Below, one piece after another: positions 15,457 to 26,146 of a DNA stretch of 64,000 nt. Positions within the stretch are counted from its first letter, which is position 1; every line of letters begins with the position of its first letter. Source of the stretch: Octopus sinensis (Eukaryota). The translations under genes and the position numbers were made by a program. The DNA is taken from NCBI RefSeq assembly GCF_006345805.1, contig NC_042997.1:120900001-120964000 (forward strand), written 5' to 3'. The notes below the pieces were generated by a model that searched no databases, was not told the origin of the DNA, and saw nothing but the letters and a program-made list of their open reading frames with translations.

Positions 15457-15585
15457 AATAATAATAATAATAATAATAATAATGCTAACGCTCGCGATGA
15501 TATCGATACTAGAAACGGCAGCAATACTAACAGTAATATCACGATCGATTCACCTATTACCACCCTAGCCAATACCAGTATTACC

Positions 15586-15622
<37 letters not shown>

Positions 15623-16786
15623 AATAACCCCCGTGAGACCGATAACTGCTACTGCAGATCCTGGGCAGATTGCCCGCTGCAAGTCCAATGTAGGAGATTC
15701 AACACCGTATATCGATGCCCTGTTCACAATATGGTGAATATTTCCTGTAGCTACTACATTGGTTCCAGCACCAATTTTTAAACAAAGGTATCACGCACAT
15801 TTAAACTCGTTTAAATATAAGGGGAATAATAATTCCACATCACTAGCCCGCCTCATACACCATCTAATTAATAGAAACTTTCTGGGCTATAATAGACTGG
15901 GGTACCTCATATCAGGGCCAACACACTCGTTGTGGACTTTCCGTAAAAGAAGCTCTCGAAATTCTAGCCCACAACTCGCCACAACAGCTTAATAAATACG
16001 AGTTAATTCATCCTTAATTTATCCAAACCCTTAACCACCAAAATCCTTTATTATAAACCCCTAACCCTAGCTCCCACTCATGAATAATTTAATATTCCAC
16101 TAGCCCTTCGTTTCTCGACTACATAGGCACACACAGCCCCATTGCTAAAAATAACTCTATAGCCACTGACCTCAGCCAGGACAGGACACTAGCAATTACA
16201 ACCAAATTTCCTCCCCAACAACTTTAGACTTTGAGACTGCTAGACATCTACTACTCTCTTTAAATTCCTTTCATCTCGCACTATTTTTTACCCTATTTAT
16301 TTTTACTCTATCTCTCTCTAACTCCACATCCTCTCCCTTATCTTCTCGGCTACCCACACCATACACCTATTCACCTTACCTTATCCCACAGCCAATCCTT
16401 AAAACCCCCCTACCTCGCTCTAGTCCCTCTTCTTTCTATTTATTTCTTGTTTTTACTTTTACAATTTAACAGCCACCACTTCTACCATTCTGTTATTGAA
16501 CGTCGATGTGTCGCGTCTTTTTCTTGTGATGTCTGTTCTATAAGGACTTCATCCCACATGGATATACACAGGATTGCATCTAAAGACTTACAGTTATGGA
16601 GCTACGCAGGATTGCACCTAAGGACTCATGCTTTGGTTTCTTTAACTTCGGAAAGTTGACCTATGAACTTTTATACCTCTTTAATCTTCTCTCTTTCCAT
16701 CTCCTTATTCTTTTACTCCCTTCCTCTATGCTGTCATTTTATTGATATATACGATACTCATTTTCCATATTGTTCTACCCCAATTT

Positions 16787-16825
16787 GTCTCTGATGACGG
16801 AATATCCCAGAAACAGCTGTAAGAT
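16787..16825 (+). ncRNA. Minimal type I hammerhead ribozyme at the PLE 3' end (stem II weakened)
   Basis: GUCU-CUGAUGA-CGGA-AUAU-CCCA-GAAA-CAGCUG-UA^AGAU. The core is canonical, stem III is the palindrome ACAGCUGU, stem I is GUCU/AGAU, and stem II has two G-to-A mismatches. Confidence 0.7.
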
Positions 16826-17199
16826 TTTGAATTTCTTCCTGTAATGATATTGCATATGACTTGAGATATTTGCCTTGCCTTAATGTTTGGTGATCCACTG
16901 TGTGATTGACAGCCGAATGACTGCAGGTGGTATGGATATATTGTACGTAAATGGGTACATTCTGGAAAGGGTCTGCAACAGGATACAGCAACGGGGAAAT
17001 AAACTGTTGAAATGTTGCAGGATGTGAACGGGTGGCACTATATTGATGGTGTGGCCGTAGAATAAGTAACATTAACTGATTCTATGCAGTCACATAAGAA
17101 TATGTAGTAATGAATTACTTGAAAAATAAGGCGTAATGGCTTACCACGCGGTTGGTGGGAGTAATTGGAGATAATATGCTTTGATGATGAAGTCCATGA

Positions 17200-18100
17200 A
17201 GGATACTGCTTTGTTGATGCAGTCTCCGGGTTTGTTGGTTCTATGCCGAAATGGTATCCATCTTCACCATTCACAAAGAGTTGTGGATACTGAAGATCGT
17301 CGTAGGATGTAGTAATTCCTACAAAACCTCTTGGTGAAAAAGTTTCTTTGTTTTCCCTTGTGGAAGAAATGTAAATAGATTTTTCCGTCCTTTCCACTCC
17401 AGGGCAGCCAACATTTAATTGCTCGTGTGAAAAGCATGACCCTTCTAAGTAAAGTCCTACCACAGAAAGTGTTTGACCCTGGGGCTTTTTGATATATATT
17501 GCGAAGCTGATACGAATAGAACATTGAGCTCTTGCGAATGAAAAAGAATTTTTGCTCCCAATGGGATAAGAGGAATCCAGGGTATGAAAACATCCCTCCT
17601 TTTCCACATTCATAGAGAATGGTGCTTCAATAACATGTGACATAGTCTTCTTTAGTACTAAGCATGTCCCATTGCAGAGTGTTGGTGGATCCATATTTCT
17701 CAATGATGTTACTGGAGTTCCCCATTTAAGTTCCAATCTGTAGAGAGGTTTTCCTGAAGGATCCAATGAATAAAGAAATTGCTGCGTTATTTACCACCTC
17801 TTCTGGATCTGGGATTGTATCAAGTGACATAGATTTGAGGACTTCCAGGAACATACTGCAGCAGCTGCTAATTAATACTACAGTACTGCTTTTTGGAGCC
17901 ATATTGCTCTTTCACACAACGATTTAGTATTGTAATAACATTTTGACGAATGGATCTAAGGAAGAAAATCAATTTCTGAAAGTTTCTTCGCAAAGTGTTA
18001 CTTCACTTCTCTATGTAACCAAGGAAAGGGTGTTTTCTACTCAGAGAGGGCCAGCTACTCATTACGCTGAAAATGTTTAATATCTAAAGCCATCTCTAGA
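17200..18100 (-). mobile_element. Decayed Helitron RepHel fragment (PIF1 helicase C-terminus followed by a Rep-region piece)
   Basis: DPEEVVN...PSG.P..RLELK.GTPVTSLRNMDPPTLCNGT...SIRISFAI.IKKPQGQTL..VGLYL...CFSHEQLNVGC, then SYDDLQYPQLFVNGEDGYHFGI. Confidence 0.85.
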
Positions 18101-18199
18101 ACAAAAGTAATGTATATTCCCAGTTTAGATAAAATCAGTTGTGAACTTTTGATGTTATGCGGGTTTTCACACACACACACATGCCGAACCTCACTTTGG

Positions 18200-18255
<56 letters not shown>

Positions 18256-19739
18256 GTTATTCAGATAGATAGATTGAAAGAGAGAGAGAGAGAAAGATGA
18301 TAGATAGATAGATTAATATACAGATATATTAGAGCAAGGTAGATTGGGTAAGACAGAGAGTAAGAGTGAGACAGAAAGTTAGAGACTAAGCAAATATAAT
18401 CTAGATGGTACTACGAAAAGGAGAAAAACATCAACTTCTGGTCATGTATTGTCATTAAACTCCTAATAACTACAGAAATATATACAAACACAGATTCATC
18501 CATCTTCGCATTTTCGACAAACGCATTACATTCCATAATACGTTTTCCCAATGTACTGAAATTTAGATGAGCATATTATACTTTACACTACTGTAGTAAC
18601 TGTATTTTTCAGCAGGGATCAAACATCGTCAACACATTTAGCTATTTTCCTGATATTGAAAATGTTACCATCATCACTGCATAAAACAAGGCGATGTCGC
18701 AACACTTAACAGCTTACGCTTAGTGATAGGAATGGTAAAAACATTGAAAATGCTATCTACTAAATTCGATTATAGAAGTGTCAACATTACGAACTTCATC
18801 AGCATTCTTAAAGATTTAGTACTTTCAATAATTGTCACTGTTGATATAAGTATTGTAAGTTCATTGATGTCAGCTTGTATGCACAAAGTCAATATAATAT
18901 GTACCTTTAAACTTTTAGGAATTCACATAATTTAAAGAATTAAAATAAATGTTGTCAATTAACTAGGTGTCACCTTTAATGCATAAAAGCAATTATTATC
19001 TGTAGATAGGTAATTTCTACCAAACAAAGCACAAGTTTCACATTCATCGTCATAAACGCTGGAAATCAGTGTTTCCTCTTGGGAATCGTGTAATAAACGA
19101 CAATATTGATCACTCGATTCAATAGTAAATAACTTCTTTCCAGCAGGGAAAACTTCGTAGCTATATCTTAAGGCAACTTCATGCAAGCACGTGAAACAAA
19201 TATTTCTTCTGTGCAGATATTAATGACAAGCCGAAAGTATATTTGGAATATTGTATTATGTCATGCAATACATGTATGTATTGTTCCGAGTTCGAAATGT
19301 CAACTTACACATCTTTTAAATTATATTATACAGGGTGGAAGCAAAACTTGGGAAAGCCAAACCAAATTTGAAAATGTTCTATTGTACATGAACGAGTCAA
19401 CGTATTTATACATAAGTTATTACTGCTTTTAATAGAGATACTACTCCGTGTGACCACCATAATTTTCTATCACCAAATAATACAGCATCTGAAAGCTCCA
19501 CAGTTCTTTCTAATAAAATGTAAATATGGTTGCACCTAATTCTGAGAGGCGAACTGGTAGCAATTCATTTAAATATGAGTTCCAAATATAAGTGAAAAAG
19601 TACCTGTGTAATTGTAAAAACAAAATCATTATGCCCTTTAGGAAATCAGTATTTCCTAAAGGAAGTATTTATATTTTGAATTTAGATGGAGCCCCTTTCT
19701 TCAAAGTCTGCTTGAGATGTTTAGTACTAGGATGAGAAG

Positions 19740-20110
19740 TTTTGTTGGCAGTCTTCTCTAAACTTCCCCAAATTGAATGGCCCAGCGGATTCAAATTTGG
19801 GGAGGCCCAGGATTCAGAGGCCAAAAATCAGCAAAATCGTCCTGGCGGAATTTGTTTAATACTTTCTTCATTGTATGAGTAGGTGCTCTATCCTGAGACC
19901 ACATATAATTACCTTCAGGGTAATTAGCCTGAAGCCACGAGAGGATATGATATCTTAACGCTTTGACATTTTCACCGATTCTTTCACCAGATTTGAAAAG
20001 ATTGAAGGAGCCTTTTTTTTGGCCATCTGATGCAACAACTCCCAAAACTATCACCTCAGCAGGATTCTTTGTTGTGAAGACACCTTGTGTTGAAAGTGAT
20101 TCATTTCGTC
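19740..20110 (-). mobile_element. Tc1/mariner-superfamily transposase fragment (maT/DD37D-like)
   Basis: TKNPAEVIVLGVVASDG...LRYHILSWLQANYPEGNYMWSQDRAPTHT..FADFWP matches the DDD-domain segment of maT-type transposases. Frameshifted. Confidence 0.8.
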
Positions 20111-21993
20111 TGTTCCCACAAGGTTTTCTCGTGAGAAAATATCTTCGTAGTACGCGAATGTTTCCAGTACAGGAACGACTACACAAAAACGCTAAGAGAG
20201 AAGTGTATCTTTGTAACAAAAAAACAAAAAACAAACATAAGTTTTACAGTATGACAATAAGTTACATAGAAAAATATAATATGAAAAGAATATGCTTGTA
20301 TTCAACTATTGGCGACGTCACTGGATAACTAAAGAATATAACAAACATAAAAATTCTACATTCGATAACTGAAAACAGAAATTTTATGTCACAATAAGTT
20401 ATCTAATCATAAAATCCAGTGAAAATTTTAGAAGATTTGATCTTATTATATAATAGATGAAAAGCTATCATTATTAAGAATTGTATTATTTGACTGTCTT
20501 TAGAAATTTATGGCAACACTTTATTGTAAAGCTCCTATTAAAATTCAATAAAATTAATTTAGAAATAATAAAAATTATACATTTTCAAGGCAAATAATTA
20601 CCAATATTTTACATTAGTGTAAAAATTTTCTAATTTATCATCTTAATTATCTACTTTTCAAACGACAAATGATTTGAATTTATAATTTCCATTACAGGAT
20701 TTGCAACATATGCGTTGTTGAATTTTTTTAATCATGCTCTACACAAATTTATGCTTGAGTCAAGTTTAGCGGCGGTTAATTGCCGGACAAAATAATAATT
20801 CTTCGTATTTCAAGAGTGATTCACAAAATTATTTATAGCAGATGTTTTGCCATTAGCTACAAAACAACTACCTTGCTTTTTTTTATATATAAACCAACAT
20901 TAGTTTCTACTAAAACAACATGTCATTGGGTACAACATTCATATACAGTTTTACAATTGTAGGAACTCTATGACTGATGTGCACCTATGTCCGATCAATG
21001 TTTTATACTATTTTTTCCCAGAGAGGTCAAACAGTTTTGTTGATGTGTATTATATATTTTCATGGAGAAGGGAATTTACGAAAGGGATATTCTATTTCTG
21101 AACATCGGGATTTTGAAAGAAACTGAGATTATTTATTACAAGTGGCAGCTGCTGTAAAGACGTGTATACAAACTTTATATTTTCAATTTAGATGGAGCTT
21201 CTATTCAATACTAAAGCAAATATTACAAATAATGCGGTAAGGCACATATCTGAAGTTGTTATAACTGCAACAGTATGAGGTATACAAAGGATATAACTGA
21301 AAATATCCCCCCGCAGTGAAATATATGGAATGATTTAATAATCCTTTAACATGGCAAATTTAATATCAATCCCTGAGATTTGAAGTAAATTCACAATAAC
21401 AATGACGACACAACCTGAAATATTGCGTTCTTACCCATCCAGAAAATCTTAATGGAAAGAGTTTTACAGTCTTTGAAATGTTTCCGTAAAGTTCTTGGTG
21501 AGTCACGAGTCATTACCAGGCAAATACAACCAACAAATATTAAAATACTCATAATTATGATTAAATATACATTGAACGAAGAAATTATGTGGTTACTAAG
21601 TGTGGAGTTTCTGTTTGGGGTAGGCGCTTTCATTCATCAGTGTAAAACCAAATGCAAAAAAAATATGAAAATACTGAAGATAAGAGATACGTAATAGGAA
21701 TTTCTAAATATATATAAGGAAAACTTGTTTTATCTAATTTAACGTTTGAAGCCTTGAGAAGTCTCAATAGATAATTATGAGTGGAGATGGGATTTTTAGT
21801 ACCATTTAATATGTAAATAAAAACAACTTTCCATACAGAGAGTTGCACTCACGATCGTGGTTTCAAATTTTGAACTGAAGAGTGTGGTTGTATATTTCAC
21901 GTTGCCTGCAATCACTTCGACGCCTGAAGCGTAACACATACATACACACATACACACACACACTCACACACAAACATACACACACACACACTC

Positions 21994-22120
<127 letters not shown>

Positions 22121-22179
22121 TAAAAAAAAGTCAAGGTAGAAAATGAAAAAATAATTTTATAAAGATATTAAAGTAGAAA

Positions 22180-22365
22180 AAGGCCCCTCAAGTTTCAAAC
22201 GGTACCTGGACAAATTCATCCAGGGAATAACGGATAAAACACCTACACCTGGGTACATCACAACCAACAACAACTCTCTGTTTGAGTGGTCGATGGTGTC
22301 CTGAAATAATTAAATAAAGTCTTTTCCAGGCAGTGGTATTTAGTTATAGTCTGGGCCGATAATGG
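22180..22365 (+). mobile_element. CR1/L2-like LINE 3' terminal fragment
   Basis: FKRYLDKFIQGITDKTPTPGYITTNNNSL (22194-22280) resembles the FKxxLDxFL..PD.P..PGY..NSL terminus of CR1-group ORF2. Confidence 0.55.
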
Positions 22366-22390
22366 CTGAAACCCATCTAAGATATCTATG

Positions 22391-22459
<69 letters not shown>

Positions 22460-22673
22460 TGCTATCGATCTCATAAATAGAAGTTTTAATAGAAAATAAG
22501 TTATGAGTGTTTGCTCCTGAAATTTGAGGATGATAATATAGTTCAGTACTTTTGGGATGAATATAGACCTATAAGGGACTTTTAATACATGTCACCGGTA
22601 TCATTGAATTAAGCGAAACTTTATCAGAATCACCGCTAATTTGCAATTAGTTTAATTCCGTCATCTGCATTAA

Positions 22674-22808
22674 TTAATTCTATATTTGTGAGACGAAGAA
22701 TTATATACATTATTTACATTCTTTGCATTTGACGGATATTTGTCCTCATCTTGTTTGTTGTTGACACCAACGTTTCGGCTGATATACCCTCCAGACTTCA
22801 TCAGGTCT
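22674..22808 (-). mobile_element. Inverted partial copy of the family D HHR tail
   Basis: Minus strand: AGAC-CUGAUGA-A-GUCUG-loop-CAGCC-GAAACGUU-GGUGUCAACAACAAACAAGAUGAGG. It is the reverse complement of 23079-23190 and homologous to 60569-60713. Confidence 0.85.
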
Positions 22809-22888
22809 CGCGGGTATAGGGCACAGTGGTTAAGAGCGCGGACTACTACTCACCAAGACTCCGAGTTCGATTCCAGACAATGACCTAG

Positions 22889-22983
<95 letters not shown>

Positions 22984-23190
22984 AAGAAGAAGAAGAAGAA
23001 GAAGAAGAAGAAGAAGAAGAAGAAGAAGACCTTCGAAAAGTACCTCAGGAATGAGAACTCAGGCTAGAAATTTCCCCAAGACGTCTATTGAAGTCTAGAA
23101 GGTATATCAACCGAAACGATATGTTAACAACAATCAAGATGAGGGCAACTATGAGTCAAATGGAAATAATGTAAATAACGTGTATCAATT
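22809..23190 (+). mobile_element. Family D: tRNA-headed SINE with internal (AAT)n(AAG)n and a PLE-type hammerhead tail
   Basis: A-box-like GGGCACAGTGG and B-box GAGTTCGATTCC (22863-22874), microsatellite 22889-23028, then a tail with a degenerate HHR CUAUUGA-A-GUCUA...CAACC-GAAACGAU (23079-23126). Confidence 0.8.
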
Positions 23191-24905
23191 AATGAGTTAA
23201 ATCATGAAAATGTTTTATATAATAAAAATGAAAGAAATTAAAATATTATTTAGAAATTTTGGAACTAGCCTAGCCATTTTGGCAATCTTCCGTTTTGAAT
23301 CGAAAGCGTGTGCACGAGTCTCAGCTGTTATCTTATGGCCTCTGGTAAATTCAGTAAAAAACAAAATTTTATTTTTGTGAGTGGAAATGTACATCTTTTT
23401 GAAGTCAGCATAAAGTGAAAGAAAGGGGAAATGCACATGGAATGTGTATATATTATGATGGGGAGTGCGAGAAAGTGTATTGTGTGTGTGTGAGAGAGAG
23501 AAGGAGAGTGAGAACGTAGATTTTTTTTTTCGTATCTTTTTCAATCAATATGTGAGTGATTGACTGAGAGAGAGAGAGACAGACAGACAGACATCAGACA
23601 GACAGACAGGTGTGTGTGTGTGTGTGACAGAGGGAGAGAGATGGGGTGATAGCGTAAACTTTACTTAGCTACTTATACATGCAAACAAATATTGTCATGA
23701 AAACTCATCTTCTTGCCAGTGTCTGACGTTTTCTCCTTACCTCACACACGCACATAAAAAAAGCATGTATGCATGTACGTGTATACGACATATAATGAAC
23801 CTACGTATGCGTTTCTGTGCGTGTGTGACTAATCCTAGTCATCATACACATAGATAACAACACCGCTCTCTCGCTCTTACTTTCTCTCAGTGAATCACTC
23901 ACATACTCACTCAAAAAAGGTGCGACGAAAAATAAATATTAAAATTGTTCGTTGTCATCCCCCCTCTCTCCCTCTCTCACATACACACGCATACAGACAC
24001 ACACACAAGACCCCACCTTCTCTCTCTCCTTCCCTCTCTCACATACACACACAGCACACACTTTAAACCTATTATTCAATTTTCAATAAGTTAAAATATT
24101 AAATCATTAATTGACACATCATTCATTAGCATAATAACATTGATTTTTTAAAAAAGCATAGCCTACATGGAGAAATGCGACCAAAAGTAATAATATTCTT
24201 AAGATTATAAACCTGGAAAAGTACAGGAAAACTTATTACACTTGGAAAAGTTGAGGACGAATTATTACATCTGATAAAGAATAGAACAAGAAACATTTTA
24301 CTTAAAATATTGCAGCTAAAGATAAAATTTAAAGTAATATTATAATTAAAAAAAAAGGTACCATCATTTTTTGAAAATATTGACACACCCGGTTACTTTA
24401 AAAATGAGAGCCAGAGGTACCAATATAGCTAAAGTTTTATGCAAAGTAGAATAGTATATATGGTAGGAAAATTCATTATGTAAAATATGCATGGAGTCAA
24501 GACTAAAAATGTGAAGATTTGGCAATAACTGAAGCATATTTTAATGTGAACTTGTTATTATATGTAATTTTTTTGTAATATATGAGTAAATCTTTTATTA
24601 TTCTATTTATTGTACTAATTAATTATGTACTAATATTATTTTTATAGCCTATTTTCCAATTTCTAATTATTAATTAATAATTTAATAAATGAAATTTTTA
24701 AAGTGCAAAACATATTTTGATTTATTTTTTTCTTTTTAGTAGAAGTAACAAGTAATAAGAATTAGAAGTAATAACTTATAATAACAGTTTTTAGTTTTAA
24801 TAAAAGCTAATGTTTTCTAAATTTAAATATTTTATTTCAAATATTATCCTTAGCTGCAATATTGTAAATGAAGCTTTTCTTGTTTCTTTTTTTCTTTTCG
24901 TTTTT

Positions 24906-25097
24906 CTTTTATTTGTTTCAGTTATTTGACTGCGATCATGCTGGTGTACCGCCTTTAGTTGTGCAAATCGACCCCAGGACTTATTCATCGCAAGCCTAAC
25001 ACTTATTCTATCGTTCTCTCTTGCCGAACCGCTAACTGACGGGGACGTAAAAACACCCCCATCGGGCCAAAGCCTTGTTGGGGGGACAACACAGGCA

Positions 25098-25100
<3 letters not shown>
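24906..25100 (-). mobile_element. SINE family A 3' half (its head is at 28234-28395)
   Basis: Reverse complement of the A tail: ...GACGGGGACGTAAA.ACACC, CTTTTGCCGAAC-like and ATTTGACTGCG..CATGCTGG blocks. Confidence 0.8.
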
Positions 25101-25157
<57 letters not shown>

Positions 25158-25160
<3 letters not shown>

Positions 25161-25384
25161 CCAGACCGGGCGTTGTGTGTGTTTATTGAGCGAAAACACC
25201 TAAAAAGCTCCACGAGGCTCCGGCAGGGGGTGATGATCCCTGCTGTACACCATCACCACTCTTTCTCTCACTCTTTTTTCTGTTGGCCTGCTCACTTAGC
25301 CAGCGGGGTGGCGTCATTTGAAGGCTTAAACAATGCGAACGAATTGTGACCAGCGATGTGTAGCAACATCTGATGGTCTGGTCG
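25158..25384 (+). mobile_element. SINE family C, 5'-truncated
   Basis: CCCAGACCGGGCGTTGTG..TTTATTGAGCGAAAACACC...GGCGTCATTTGAAGGC..AAACAATGCG matches 31766-32067 and 40433-40630. Confidence 0.85.
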
Positions 25385-25400
25385 AAAGAAGAAAGAAAGA

Positions 25401-25431
<31 letters not shown>

Positions 25432-25440
25432 ATATATATA

Positions 25441-26146
25441 TGGGTGTGTGTGATTGTGTATAGAAGATATATTAATAAAAAGAATTCCAACCTTGTCTGA
25501 TTTTCACGTTTTATTTACAATCTTATAATGATATATTATAAGATAATATATTATAATTGAATAAAATAAAATGAAATAGTAGAATGTTAAATATTCATTC
25601 TGATTGAACTAGTACTTTCATGCATTGAATTCTGCAATCTTCGGTTCATGTAGTAGTGTTGACAGTCATGCTTCACAATTTTTGACTGTAGCAAGATGAT
25701 TGATTCTGTGCTATAATACAGCTGGGTAGGCTCCAGAGTGCTAGGTTTTGCAAACTGTATTCTGACCAATCAGTGTGTAGTATCACTCAATTACTTAAGC
25801 TGATTGGTTGGTTGAGCTGATTGGTTTAGGCATCACGCTTTGTTGGACATGTCAAGAGTCCTGTATCTTGACCCTGCCGAAGCAGCAATTGTTGGGTTAT
25901 TTTTAGAAATGTTGTAAATATCCTTTGTCAGAGATTTTTATATTTTTATATTTCAATTGTCATCATCATCATTGTCAGTACCTTAATTATTGTTGCTAGT
26001 GGTGATGGTGGTGGCAATAGAACTTTTAACCCTAAATAAGATAATTTTCCTGCTATCTTCGTCTTGATCACCTTTAGTATTGTTGTTGTTGTTAGTGGTC
26101 ATGGTCGTAGCAGTGGAAGTAATACCTCTAAGTATTATTATTATTA
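25441..26146 (-). mobile_element. 3' non-coding part of the Penelope-like element
   Basis: Lies between the ORF stop and a (TA)n tract and contains repeated CCAATCAGC boxes. Assigned by position only. Confidence 0.5.

Larger units (their letters stand above)
13570..16830 (+). mobile_element. Decayed Penelope-like retroelement (RT C-terminus, low-complexity linker, GIY-YIG, 3' HHR), interrupted by element E
   Basis: Frameshifted RT-thumb motifs: NF-xVTLDL..YIPY..YINTESSH..IIKSISIRISNL..ALAASG (about 13660-13900) and HKYHSIFNRPTLKLSY (about 14205-14260). GIY-YIG: CPLQVQCRRFNTVYRC...YYIGSSTN/FKQRYHAHLNSFK (15671-15820). An HHR closes the 3' end. Confidence 0.75.

Noticed and set aside
16020-16072. 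Telomere-like TAACCC units inside the PLE
   Set aside because: Only about two imperfect units, and this PLE has an endonuclease, unlike telomere-associated PLEs.
24300-24870. Inverted match of about 25 bp (AATATTGCAGCTAA.GATAA) roughly 500 bp apart
   Set aside because: Short and very AT-rich, with no target duplication or defined ends, so too weak to call a MITE.
25655-25685. Possible HHR in the 3' region of the intact PLE (UUGUGAAGC...GUCAAC)
   Set aside because: Neither the CUGANGA core nor GAAA is present.
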